Below, piece after piece: positions 8,831 through 18,284 of a DNA stretch of 64,000 bases. Where the stretch lies: the IMG/VR virus record IMGVR_UViG_3300042542_005136; one strand, given 5' to 3'. Below the pieces are notes generated by a model. That model was not told where the DNA came from, ran no database searches, and was given only the letters and a program-made list of their open reading frames with translations. Both the position numbers and the translations under genes were made by a program. Positions within the stretch are counted from its first letter, which is position 1. Each line of letters starts with the position of its first letter. This DNA comes from an uncultured virus (IMG/VR IMGVR_UViG_3300042542_005136) (Duplodnaviria > Heunggongvirae > Uroviricota > Caudoviricetes).

Positions 8831-9497
8831 CCTCAGCGCATTTGCAGAAGCAGTGTTGTCTAGCAGGATGGATGCTGCATGGTCTTACGACCGCAACACT
8901 GGACGCTATCGGGACGAACGTGGCAAATTCCTAAGTCAAGCTTCTGTGCAAAAGCTTGTCGACGGACGCATTGATAAGCTGGAAGCTTCGCTTAAGCGCT
9001 TCACGCGCATGCTCAGCAATGGATCAATCACCCTTGACCAGTGGCAAGGAAGCGTGCGAGAAGCTATTAAAGCCGCCCACATTCAAGCAGCAATTATTGG
9101 CCACGGAGGCAAAGCTGGTATGGGCAGTGCAGAATATGGTCGCGTGGGTCAAAGGCTTCGTTTGGAATATGATTTTCTTGCGAATTTTGCCTCCGATTTG
9201 CTTGGCGGTCGCGTTTCTGCTCCCATGGCTTTGGCTCGCATTGGCTTATACGCTCAAAGCGTTCGTGGCAGTTACTGGCTGGGAGCCGAAATCAGACAGC
9301 AGGAACAAGGCTATTCCTTAATGCGGCGCATCCTGGACGAGCAAGCCAAGCACTGCGAAGATTGCCTGCGTTATGCCGCTCGTGGCGTTGTTTCCATTGG
9401 AAGCGTGCCACTGCCGGGACAGCGTTGTGAATGCGGCGCTAGGTGCCGCTGTTCTGTGCGCTACTTCAGGCAGCAGCCGCAAGCGGTGCCAGTATAG
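8820..9497 (+). CDS. Head morphogenesis protein (Mu F / SPP1 gp7-like)
   Basis: Follows the portal; C-terminal HCEDC...CECGARCRC cysteine cluster. Confidence 0.7.
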   Translation: MLNDLSAFAEAVLSSRMDAAWSYDRNTGRYRDERGKFLSQASVQKLVDGRIDKLEASLKRFTRMLSNGSITLDQWQGSVREAIKAAHIQAAIIGHGGKAGMGSAEYGRVGQRLRLEYDFLANFASDLLGGRVSAPMALARIGLYAQSVRGSYWLGAEIRQQEQGYSLMRRILDEQAKHCEDCLRYAARGVVSIGSVPLPGQRCECGARCRCSVRYFRQQPQAVPV

Positions 9498-9517
9498 TAG
9501 GGCAAAGTTTCAAGCCC

Positions 9518-10270
9518 ATGAAAGTTCTCGTAGGAGACACTGGTCTGATTGGTAGCGTTCTGCAGCAATCCGCCAACTTCGACGCCACCTTTAATTCCAG
9601 CAACATTCATGAGTTGCCGGAGATTGCCAATGCGCCAGGGCAAGTGGACGAACTGTACCTTGCTTGCCTGCCTGCAACAAAATGGTTGGTCAATCAAGAC
9701 CCAGCAAAAGACTTCAACAATATTCTCTCCATTGTCGATGTTCTAACAGAGGTATGGGCAACGAAAGTAATTCTTATTTCCACCATTGACATTTATCAGC
9801 CCGACAATTGCGGAGGCAATGAAAGTTGTTGGACGCATTTTGGACCATTGAGCTACGGCTCTAACAGACTTTTGTTTGAAACACTTGTCCAAGACACGCT
9901 TGGCTTTGATACTTGCATTGTGCGACTGCCAGCCGTCTTCCATCCGCTTATCAAAAAGAATATCTTGTTTGATTTGCTGAATGATCACAATATCGATCAA
10001 ATCAATGGCAACTCGGCCTATCAGTGGTATCCGCTCAAGCGACTGTGGCAAGACATTCAAGAAGTAAAAGACAATGAAGTGATCAATTTATTCCCGACTC
10101 CCATTGAAACCTTAGAAATCATTGATAGGTTTTTCCCCAATGCTGAAATCTCATGGAGTGAGCGTATCTCTTACGATTATCGCACCATGGCAACGAAAAG
10201 CGGTTATTGGCTTTCCAAGGGGGAAGTAATGGATGAAATGGAGGCATTTATCAATGAAGCTCGGGGTTAG
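9518..10270 (+). CDS. NAD-dependent epimerase/dehydratase-like protein
   Basis: LVGDTGLIG Rossmann motif, ISTIDIY, YGSNR, IVRLPAVF. Confidence 0.8.
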   Translation: MKVLVGDTGLIGSVLQQSANFDATFNSSNIHELPEIANAPGQVDELYLACLPATKWLVNQDPAKDFNNILSIVDVLTEVWATKVILISTIDIYQPDNCGGNESCWTHFGPLSYGSNRLLFETLVQDTLGFDTCIVRLPAVFHPLIKKNILFDLLNDHNIDQINGNSAYQWYPLKRLWQDIQEVKDNEVINLFPTPIETLEIIDRFFPNAEISWSERISYDYRTMATKSGYWLSKGEVMDEMEAFINEARG

Positions 10271-10997
10271 TGCAATTGGCTGGGAAGCCGAAGACCATAC
10301 AGAAATTGTCCTGCATCTTCCCGATGGCGTCGAGCTATTGGAAGCAGTGCCCTTCAAAAGGCACAGTCGCTTTTCCGGCTATTTGCAAAAATATTCGGCG
10401 CAATCATTGTTCTATGGCATGGACATTGACGCCTTCTGGGACGAGCAGGCGCTGGATTCATGCTTGGCCAATTTGATAGCAATGGCGCATGAATACGGAT
10501 GGAAGAGAATGGTGCTTGGAAGCCCAGGACTACGCAAAGGCGACAGGCGTTATTTGATGGACGCGCTTGCAAGGGTGAATGATGCCCTTGCCGCTCTCGA
10601 TTGCACTGTTTGTATTGAGCCCGTAGCCAAGCCCTATGGTGGCGAATATTTCTTCACAGTCGAAGAAATTGTGCAAAGCCTTGCGGAATACTCATTGTCC
10701 CACACTGCAACAATGATCGACACTAATAGCGTCTGGCTAGAGAGTCAATGGCCTGAAGATGTGCTTGTTCAATACTTTCCCTATATTAAGCATGTTCACA
10801 TTAGCGATCAAAATATTGGCCCCATTGTCTCCCAGGAAAAGCATGAGCGTTTTGCTGAAGCGTTGCGCAATGCCGAATACGAAGGGGCAGTCATTCGCGA
10901 GCTGTTAAAGGCAAAGAATTATCCAGGTGAGTACCATTATTTCGCTCATCTTTACAGACCCTCCAATATTTCGCGCACTTTTTCTTCGATTAAGTAG
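10254..10997 (+). CDS. Sugar-phosphate isomerase/epimerase (xylose isomerase-like TIM barrel)
   Basis: VLGSP, CIEP, MIDT, HVHISD and IRE metal-ligand pattern. Confidence 0.78.
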   Translation: MKLGVSAIGWEAEDHTEIVLHLPDGVELLEAVPFKRHSRFSGYLQKYSAQSLFYGMDIDAFWDEQALDSCLANLIAMAHEYGWKRMVLGSPGLRKGDRRYLMDALARVNDALAALDCTVCIEPVAKPYGGEYFFTVEEIVQSLAEYSLSHTATMIDTNSVWLESQWPEDVLVQYFPYIKHVHISDQNIGPIVSQEKHERFAEALRNAEYEGAVIRELLKAKNYPGEYHYFAHLYRPSNISRTFSSIK

Positions 10998-11932
10998 ATG
11001 CCCTGAATCTTGCCTGTATAGCAAGACAGAAGATTGTCCTGCTGTTTGAACAGCGGGGCTCGATATGCACTGGCATTGGTTCGTTTGCTTTTCATTGACA
11101 GCACAATACTATGACGAGAAAGATGGTCCAGGAAGCCCGGCCAGTACGAGCGAGCATGAAGCTCTGCCTTGTGTCTTAATTGTTCCAGCTTTTCCATCGG
11201 CGGCTCTTCCTCAATGGGCAACACTGAATCGGCGGCAACGCTATGCACCACATGACTCAGGGACATAGTGCCATCGTGAAACGGATAGAAAGAAAACAAT
11301 GGTCCGTCAATATAAGTGAGCGCACCAAAAGGCAAAGGCTTTTGAATGTCATAGAGAAACATTGCCACTGCCTCAAAGTATTCATTGCTTGATGGCTTTA
11401 GCAGCGCATTATTCGTGCAATCAATCACCAAATGAAAATCTTGCTTCAGCCGCTTAATGCCTTCCTTGGTAATTTGTTCTTGTTGGAACACTGGAGACAA
11501 TTGCTCCGAGAAGAACTGTTTGGCCTCGACGGGAGAAATGTAACGCTCTTGAGTGCGCCAAACCATGGAAGTGTCGCGAAGAAAGTCGGCTTCAATTTCT
11601 TCATACTGAAAGATCAATGGAGGGAAGATGCTTCTGACGGTTCCCGCGTCTAGCAAGCTTTCATCTTCTGGCACCGCATACAAATTATCCTCCACTGCGT
11701 AAGTGAGACTTCCGTATTCGTGCATAAAACGATCGAAAGTAAATCTGCACAGCGAACGAGTGGCTGCATTCCTTGCGTAGTGATAGCCAAGGTGAAGCCG
11801 ATTTTGGTTGACCAGCGAAGCGCCGTGAAACGGTTCAGGTTTGCGGTCAAACAGCGTGATGTGGTGTTCGTCTCTGAGTTGATAAGCCAAGTGGCATCCC
11901 ACCCATCCAGCTCCGATAATCGCTACGCGCAT
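10952..11932 (-). CDS. FAD-dependent oxidoreductase
   Basis: IIGAGWVG dinucleotide-binding motif, ASLVNQNRLHLGYHY, C-terminal TGKI. Confidence 0.82.
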   Translation of the reverse strand: MRVAIIGAGWVGCHLAYQLRDEHHITLFDRKPEPFHGASLVNQNRLHLGYHYARNAATRSLCRFTFDRFMHEYGSLTYAVEDNLYAVPEDESLLDAGTVRSIFPPLIFQYEEIEADFLRDTSMVWRTQERYISPVEAKQFFSEQLSPVFQQEQITKEGIKRLKQDFHLVIDCTNNALLKPSSNEYFEAVAMFLYDIQKPLPFGALTYIDGPLFSFYPFHDGTMSLSHVVHSVAADSVLPIEEEPPMEKLEQLRHKAELHARSYWPGFLDHLSRHSIVLSMKSKRTNASAYRAPLFKQQDNLLSCYTGKIQGIYLIEEKVREILEGL

Positions 11933-11995
11933 GCCACAGTCCGCTTCTGCCATAGTCTAAAACCCTTGTAAGATGAGGCCAGCTTTCCTTTTCTT

Positions 11996-13216
11996 GTGGC
12001 AACTATTCTCTACTGCGGCGACGTAGGAGTGCAAACTGGTTTTGGGCGCGTGAGCGAGCATTTGATTCCAGCACTGGCCAAAGAGCACGACGTGCATGCC
12101 CTGGCCGTGAACTGGCATGGCGACCCCAATGAAATGCAGGAGCATTGCAAAATGTATCCCGCCATGGCCTACGGCTCGGACCCGTTTGGGCAGCATCGCA
12201 TTGGAGAGCTGGTTCAGAAAATCAAGCCCGACCTCGTTTTCATCCTTAACGACATTTGGGTGGCGATCAATTTGTTTAATGGCATCAAACAATTCCAGGA
12301 GGATATTGGCTTCAAAACAATTGTGTACACCCCCATTGATTCTTATGGGCTATTTGCGGAGCTATGCGAGCCTATCAACCACTGGGACAAACTCATCACC
12401 TACACGGAGTTCGCGAAGGAAGAACTGCGAAAAATGGGCTATGAAAAGTCTGTTGAAGTGGTAGGGCATGGTACGGACTTTACAAAGTTTTTCCCGATGG
12501 ACAAAGAGCAATGCCGGAAGGAATTGGGTGTGCCAAGCGATGTATTTATCGTCTTCAATGGCAACAGGAATCAACCTCGTAAGCGTATTGACTTGACCAT
12601 TAAGGGCTTCATCAAGTTTGCGAAAGACAAGCCCGACGCACGTCTATGGCTCAATATGGGCAAGAAAGATTTGGGCTGGGACTTGGTGCCGCTGTTTAAG
12701 CGCGTGGCTAAAGATGAGGGATATGACCCTACGGGCAAGCTGATTCTTACCAGCCCCGAGTTTTCCACTCACAACTGCCTTCCCATTGAACAACTCAACA
12801 AGGTGTACAACGCCTGCGACGTGGGTGTAAATACTTGCATTGGCGAGGGCTGGGGCTTGGTCAATACGGAGCATGCAGCTACTGGCGTGGCGCAGTTGGT
12901 GCCTGACCATACAAGTCTGAAGGAAATCTTCGGTGAAGTACCCCGCATTCAATGCCAAGGCTCAGAAACCGATAGGAACTATGGCCTCGAGCGTCCGATT
13001 CCTACGCCCGAAAGTTTGGCGGAGCTTTTGAGCGGATATTACGAAAATCGTGACTTCCTGGCCGCCGATGGGGAATGGTGCTATAAACGCATTCATGAGA
13101 AGCCATTTACTTGGCCCTTCATCCAGAAGCAGATGCTTGGCATCATTGAAGAAACGCTTGCTCAAGGTGCGTCTTCACAGTTCAAGGGCTTCGGCACTCC
13201 CGCAAAAATTGTTTGA
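11996..13216 (+). CDS. Glycosyltransferase, GT-B fold (GT4-like)
   Basis: TGFGRV, NRNQPRKRID and GEGWGLVNTE (E-x7-E) motifs. Confidence 0.88.
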   Translation: MATILYCGDVGVQTGFGRVSEHLIPALAKEHDVHALAVNWHGDPNEMQEHCKMYPAMAYGSDPFGQHRIGELVQKIKPDLVFILNDIWVAINLFNGIKQFQEDIGFKTIVYTPIDSYGLFAELCEPINHWDKLITYTEFAKEELRKMGYEKSVEVVGHGTDFTKFFPMDKEQCRKELGVPSDVFIVFNGNRNQPRKRIDLTIKGFIKFAKDKPDARLWLNMGKKDLGWDLVPLFKRVAKDEGYDPTGKLILTSPEFSTHNCLPIEQLNKVYNACDVGVNTCIGEGWGLVNTEHAATGVAQLVPDHTSLKEIFGEVPRIQCQGSETDRNYGLERPIPTPESLAELLSGYYENRDFLAADGEWCYKRIHEKPFTWPFIQKQMLGIIEETLAQGASSQFKGFGTPAKIV

Positions 13217-13221
13217 TCACC

Positions 13222-13932
13222 ATGGAAATCTCTCAAATTTTTCTAAGCGACGCGGGGGATGAGCTTTCGCCGTTTCTCCAATATGCCACTGGCACTGTTA
13301 AAGCTTCGTTTCCTTCTGCAAATCACACGATCTACACCAAGGAAACACTAAGGCAATTTATTGCCGACAATTACGACCCTGACGTGCTGTGGGCTTATGA
13401 CTGTCTGAAGCCCTATTCGTACAAGGCTGATCTTGGACGTTTTTGCTTGCTGAACAAGCTTGGCGGATGGTATTTGGACATTGCCATCAGAGTGGTCAAC
13501 CCCGTAGAAGTGGGGCCTCGCATCAAATGGTTGGCCTTCAGGGACATCCAGCGCTTTAGCTTCACTTCCTGGGCATGCGCCACGACTGTTCTGTATTCAC
13601 AGCCCGACAATCCCGCGTTAACCACCGCCATTCAGTTGATCGTGAACAATTGTCACGAGCGCTTTTATGGCATCACGCCATTGTGCCCTACTGGCCCCAC
13701 GCTGCTTGGTCAGGCACTGGCAATGAACGGTCCTGCTTCGGACTTCGTTTATGGTGACTATCTAGAGCTAACTCCTACGCATGAGCAGAAGAACAGGGCT
13801 TTCGTCCTGCCCGATGGAACTATTATGGCTTGGTCCAAGCCTTCTGGCGGTGGTGATCTTACTGGCGTTGGCGCTAAAGGCGTAAACAATTACAACGAAC
13901 TTTGGGCCAAGCGAGATGTCTATGCAAGCTGA
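13222..13932 (+). CDS. Glycosyltransferase, GT32/DXD sugar-binding type
   Basis: KADLGRFCLLNKLGGWYLDI and TGPTLL motifs. Confidence 0.8.
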   Translation: MEISQIFLSDAGDELSPFLQYATGTVKASFPSANHTIYTKETLRQFIADNYDPDVLWAYDCLKPYSYKADLGRFCLLNKLGGWYLDIAIRVVNPVEVGPRIKWLAFRDIQRFSFTSWACATTVLYSQPDNPALTTAIQLIVNNCHERFYGITPLCPTGPTLLGQALAMNGPASDFVYGDYLELTPTHEQKNRAFVLPDGTIMAWSKPSGGGDLTGVGAKGVNNYNELWAKRDVYAS

Positions 13933-14644
13933 AGATTGGCACATCTATGTGATGTGTCATGGCGATAACGAGCCTCGTTATTCATCCTGCGCTTCTCTCC
14001 ATCGCATGAAATTAGGGGCAGAAAATCTTCCTCAAGAAGAACTGCTGCAACTTTTTCATGCGGGCTGGACCCTGGACAATTTGGGCGAGCATAATATTTC
14101 GTCCTACAACAAGTGGTGGTCCGAACTGACTGGCATTCACTGGCTCGTCAACAACGCCACGGAAGAGTTTATCGGCAATGCTCAGTACAGGAGGCAATGG
14201 GCAGATGAGGGACTGGCTCCTTCTTCTCTCTCAGTGCTGTACATTCCCAAGCCTGAACATTTTGGCTTTTCCATTGCCAAGCAGTACAGAGAAGGGCACG
14301 CAGGTATGGACGGCATTGAACAAGCGCTATTGATCGCGGATCGCGGACAAATGCCAATCACGAAAGAAGAACTAGAGCTTGCATTTAATCAGAATATTTT
14401 CTTTGGTCACATCATGGCGCGAGGAGCCCATGTGAATTATTGCGAAGTCATGCAAACTTTGCTGGATTGCATGTGGCCAATCTGGGACAATTGTCAAGAA
14501 AAAATTAAACAAATTGAAGGCTACAATTGTCGATACATTTCGTTTTTGGCAGAACGCATCATGACAGCATTGATCTTGCATCGTGAAAAGGTGTGGCCGG
14601 GGCTTAGCATTGAAACAGCTCCAATCAATTTCTTCCCGCAATGA
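13916..14644 (+). CDS. DUF4422-like putative glycosyltransferase
   Basis: DNLGEHNIS..N..WSELTGIHWL, FIGNAQYRR and R..SFLAERI motifs. Confidence 0.7.
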   Translation: MSMQAEDWHIYVMCHGDNEPRYSSCASLHRMKLGAENLPQEELLQLFHAGWTLDNLGEHNISSYNKWWSELTGIHWLVNNATEEFIGNAQYRRQWADEGLAPSSLSVLYIPKPEHFGFSIAKQYREGHAGMDGIEQALLIADRGQMPITKEELELAFNQNIFFGHIMARGAHVNYCEVMQTLLDCMWPIWDNCQEKIKQIEGYNCRYISFLAERIMTALILHREKVWPGLSIETAPINFFPQ

Positions 14645-14901
14645 CCAAGAAAGAAAAGCAAGCCAAAATCGCTCGCGTTTTAAGGGAATTCAAAGAGGGC
14701 AAGCTTAAAGGCAGCGATAAAAAGCCAATTACCAATTACAAGCAAGCAGTTGCAATTGCCCTGTCAGAAGCTGGTATGAGCATGAAAAAGAAAGATGCCA
14801 GCGAAGAGTACATGCGCGCCTTTATTCGTCAAGTGCTTGAAGAAGAAGAAGCAATGGAAGAAGAGGAGGAAATGGATGGCTCTTGCGGAAAAAAGCGCTA
14901 A
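14641..14901 (+). CDS. Small head-region protein (DUF6496-like); likely extended by a -1 frameshift
   Basis: KIARVLREFKEGKL...KQAVAIALSEAG; ends GGA AAA AAG CGC TAA. Confidence 0.7.
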   Translation: MTKKEKQAKIARVLREFKEGKLKGSDKKPITNYKQAVAIALSEAGMSMKKKDASEEYMRAFIRQVLEEEEAMEEEEEMDGSCGKKR

Positions 14902-15248
14902 GGGGCGACGCTGAATCGTTTGCCCCTCCATCGTCTGTTCGTTCAGCAGCGCGTCGCGGCTTGGAGCTGCGCAAGAAGCATGGCAAAGGCGGCCTGACCA
15001 CTCAGGAAGCCGGCAAGCAAGGCATTGGTAGTGGCGTTGCTAGAGCGACAAGCTTGGCCAATGGGGAGAAGGTGAGCTACGAAACCATTAAGCGCATGGC
15101 AGCGTTCTTTTCAAGGCATGAAAAGAATAAAGCCGGAGGAGAAGGTGATGCTGGATTTCACGCATGGCTCTTATGGGGAGGTGACGCTGGTAGGGCGTGG
15201 GCCAATCGGATTATTAAGATGGTGGAAAGCCGCAAGGAACAATCGTGA
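14883..15248 (+). CDS. Phage head-region domain; probably the -1 frame extension of 14641..14901
   Basis: ARRGLELR...GVARA...TIKRMAAFFSRH...AWLLWGGDAG; only a TTG start, beside the slippery site. Confidence 0.65.
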   Translation: MRKKALRGDAESFAPPSSVRSAARRGLELRKKHGKGGLTTQEAGKQGIGSGVARATSLANGEKVSYETIKRMAAFFSRHEKNKAGGEGDAGFHAWLLWGGDAGRAWANRIIKMVESRKEQS

Positions 15249-15556
15249 GCGAATACGTCCGCGTCATTGAAGAAGAAGAAGACGGCATTGGCATCATGAA
15301 GGCTCTGTGCATTCTTTCCGCGCATGAGCATCGTGACACTTCCAACTGGCGGCTAGTCGAAGAGCAGCACTTCAAGAATGGGCGTCTTGATGAAACCCAC
15401 ATCTTTGTGCGCAATGCCTATGACAAGCCCCATGAATATTTTGAACCAGTCAAAATGCTGGTCTTTGAAGCTGAGGCTATTGCAAAAAGTTATGTGATGA
15501 CCGGCATCGAACAACAAATCGAAGGGCTTCAGGACGACGATGACGACGAAGATTGA
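15245..15556 (+). CDS. Hypothetical protein
   Basis: 103-aa ORF with GTGA overlap and an acidic tail. Confidence 0.65.
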   Translation: MSEYVRVIEEEEDGIGIMKALCILSAHEHRDTSNWRLVEEQHFKNGRLDETHIFVRNAYDKPHEYFEPVKMLVFEAEAIAKSYVMTGIEQQIEGLQDDDDDED

Positions 15557-15807
15557 GCATAGACAAAATAGTTTGGCATGCCAAGAAGCCAAAGAATAGA
15601 GACTCCGTGAAGCCCGCTAAGCACGCGAATTTGTGCGCAGTCGGGCATCAAGATTCCTCGTTCCATGCGTGAATAAGAACTTTGACTAACGGACAAGGCT
15701 CTTGCTACGTCTCTCTGGCTCAGTCCAGATTGAAGGCGTGCATTTTTGATGCGGGAAGCGATTTCTTCCTTTGCGGCAAGGTAGGAAGACTGCGTTACGG
15801 CAAACAT
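15529..15807 (-). CDS. XRE-family helix-turn-helix regulator
   Basis: RIKNARLQSGLSQRDVARALSVSQSSYSRMERG...VSILWLLG. Confidence 0.85.
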   Translation of the reverse strand: MFAVTQSSYLAAKEEIASRIKNARLQSGLSQRDVARALSVSQSSYSRMERGILMPDCAQIRVLSGLHGVSILWLLGMPNYFVYAQSSSSSSS

Positions 15808-15833
15808 GGTCAGAATTTTTTCCATAAAAAAAA

Positions 15834-16457
15834 CTACAAGCGAGTCCACCCTTGCCAATTCTCAAGCCCTCCAGCCATGACAAGGGCAAGTTTTTTCGCA
15901 TTCAAGTTAAATCTTTCGCAAAAATTGGGCAAATTCGTGATAGCCATTGGCACTCCAGCGGGCGTTTTCAGCAAGCAAAGATTAATCAGCTCATGACCCC
16001 TCCCTTCTCGGATTAACCATTCATTTTCTTTTTGTATCATCTTGAATTGATCAAGCCAGTAGTCAATCTCTTCTTGTGACCAGACATAATCAGTCTCGAT
16101 ACTTGAGGGTGGCGATGTGAATGGCTTGCGTTTCTTGCTGAGACGGCAAATCCTTGCCTTTGATGGTCGCCTTAAGAAGCGGCAGAAATGTGGAGACGGC
16201 TGAATCGCCTTGTTGGCGAAGTGAGGCTCTTTGTCAACCTTGAAAAGGCGATGCAAGGCTATTTCAGCGCGTATCGCATTTTCTGAGCTGTCAAACGTGG
16301 CAATAATGATTTTGCGACTGGGCTTAAAAGTCTTGTCAGTGAAGCTTCCGAGGTATGGATCTTCCTCCGGGGGCAGTTTTGAACTTCTTTTTCCGATGTA
16401 ACCACGCCCGCCCTCCTCATATGAGTAGTAGACGTAGTGCCAGTAATTTTCGTTCAT
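15834..16457 (-). CDS. GIY-YIG-like (Seg-type) homing endonuclease
   Basis: HYVYY...YIGKRSS...YLGS...AIRAEI...FAN. Confidence 0.7.
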   Translation of the reverse strand: MNENYWHYVYYSYEEGGRGYIGKRSSKLPPEEDPYLGSFTDKTFKPSRKIIIATFDSSENAIRAEIALHRLFKVDKEPHFANKAIQPSPHFCRFLRRPSKARICRLSKKRKPFTSPPSSIETDYVWSQEEIDYWLDQFKMIQKENEWLIREGRGHELINLCLLKTPAGVPMAITNLPNFCERFNLNAKKLALVMAGGLENWQGWTRL

Positions 16458-16513
16458 AGTCGGATTTGACTCATCGGTTGGGCCGACTATAGCATGTGCG
16501 CTATTATTAATAT

Positions 16514-17707
16514 ATGAGCGAAACTTCTTTCCGCTACGATGTCGCGCCCATTGAAAAGTATGAAGTGACCCCCGAGGGTTATCTTCGTGCTTGGGCCACT
16601 ATCGCTCGCACTGGAGTGCAGATGTACTCCGATGCGGACGGCAGTGTCAGGCGCGAATATCGTCCCAAAGAAGAAGTGGCGTCTCCTGAAAGCCTCGCTT
16701 CATTTGCGGGCAAGGCCATCACGCTTGAGCATCCTCCAATCCTCCTTGATAGCGCCAATACAAAGGACTATCAAATTGGCTTTTCGGGCACTGAAGTGGT
16801 TTACGACGACGGATTTGTCCGTGCAGTCATGACAATCACCGATAAAAATGCCATTGAAAAGATCATGAGGGGCGATGCCAAGGAAGTGAGTGCTGGCTAT
16901 CGAGTGGAATACGATTCCACTCCTGGTGTGACGAGCGATGGCGAAAACTACGATGGCATTCAACGTGCTATTAGTGGAAATCACATTGCCGTGGTTCGTC
17001 GGGGCAGGGCTGGCCCACAAGTGAAGCTGCATCTGGATCGCCTAGATGCCGCTGACCCACAATTACTCCTTACAAAAGAGGAACCATCTATGACTGCCAA
17101 GGTCAACTTCGATGGCGCCGAGTTTGAAGTGAGCGAGAGCGTTGCTCTGGCGATCACTAAAGAACGCGACGACGCCCGCATGTCCTACGAGGACATGAAG
17201 AAGAAATACGATGAAATGATGTCCAACGCTTCCAAAATGAAGGAAGAGATGGATGCCATGAAGAAAGAGATGCAAGGCAAGTGCGACGCTGCCGAAGGTC
17301 GCGCTGATGCCCTCGAGCAAGAGCTGGAAGCCGCTAAGGCCGATCTGACTGTTGCTGGTCAAGTGAATATTGATTCGCTTGTTGAAGAGCGCGTTGCCCT
17401 CATTGACAAAGCTCGCACCAATCTGGATAGTGAGTTTGATTTTGCCGGCAAGAGCGCCCGTGAGATCATGGAAGCCTCGATCAAAGCTGTTCGTGGCGAC
17501 GCTGATCTGTCGGAGCGTTCCGACGATTACGTTCAAGCAATGTTCGACACGCTGGCTGAAGCTGCTCCTCGCAGCGACTCCGCCTCGACCGACGAACTGC
17601 GCAAAGCTGTGGCATCCATTGCCACCCCTGTTTCTGCTCCTGCGTCCTACATGGACAATCTGCAGAACGCTTGGAAAACCCCCCTCTCCGTTACTAAGGA
17701 GCGCTGA
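16514..17707 (+). CDS. DUF2213 prohead protease/scaffold
   Basis: TPEGYL, IARTGVQ, ITLEHP, EVSAGY, NHIAVVRRGRAG; coiled-coil C-terminus. Confidence 0.85.
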   Translation: MSETSFRYDVAPIEKYEVTPEGYLRAWATIARTGVQMYSDADGSVRREYRPKEEVASPESLASFAGKAITLEHPPILLDSANTKDYQIGFSGTEVVYDDGFVRAVMTITDKNAIEKIMRGDAKEVSAGYRVEYDSTPGVTSDGENYDGIQRAISGNHIAVVRRGRAGPQVKLHLDRLDAADPQLLLTKEEPSMTAKVNFDGAEFEVSESVALAITKERDDARMSYEDMKKKYDEMMSNASKMKEEMDAMKKEMQGKCDAAEGRADALEQELEAAKADLTVAGQVNIDSLVEERVALIDKARTNLDSEFDFAGKSAREIMEASIKAVRGDADLSERSDDYVQAMFDTLAEAAPRSDSASTDELRKAVASIATPVSAPASYMDNLQNAWKTPLSVTKER

Positions 17708-17709
17708 TT

Positions 17710-18270
17710 ATGGCCGTCGTTTTTTCTTCGGTGAGTTCCGGGACGGCAGGTGGCGTGCAGCAAAGCTATGCGCTTGAGCTGACCGCACTGCTGGAAGGTC
17801 AACTTTCCGACATCCGTGACAACACTATTGGCACCTACATCAACGAAACCAACGCCGTCCTGGCCTTCGGTAATGTTGTGGTGTACAACTCTGGCGGCAC
17901 TGTCGCCAACTCCGCTAAGACCATTGGCGGCACTGGCGAAACCGTCGTGGGCGTGAACGTGCTCACCTACGTTGACGAAACTGCTGAAGATTCCAACAGC
18001 CGCCCCGGCGTGAAGGACGAGCAAGTGCTCAACGTGGCCAACGAAGGCGCCGTTGCCCTGTATGTTCATGGCACTTGCACTCCGGCGACTGCCGTGCGCG
18101 TCATCCACACTGCTACTGGCGTCAAGTATGCCGGTCAGCTCACTGGCGATGCCATTGCCGGCAAGAGCGCGATTTTGTCGAATGCCCGTTATCTCACCTC
18201 CGTCACCGGCTCTGGCCTGGCGATCGTTGAGCTGAACGGTCCTTCGTTCACCCTCACCGCTGACACCTGA
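17710..18270 (+). CDS. Capsid decoration/cement protein
   Basis: Between protease and capsid genes; Gly/Thr/Val-rich; strongly biased codon use. Confidence 0.7.
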   Translation: MAVVFSSVSSGTAGGVQQSYALELTALLEGQLSDIRDNTIGTYINETNAVLAFGNVVVYNSGGTVANSAKTIGGTGETVVGVNVLTYVDETAEDSNSRPGVKDEQVLNVANEGAVALYVHGTCTPATAVRVIHTATGVKYAGQLTGDAIAGKSAILSNARYLTSVTGSGLAIVELNGPSFTLTADT

Positions 18271-18284
18271 TAGGAGGCCCTCCA

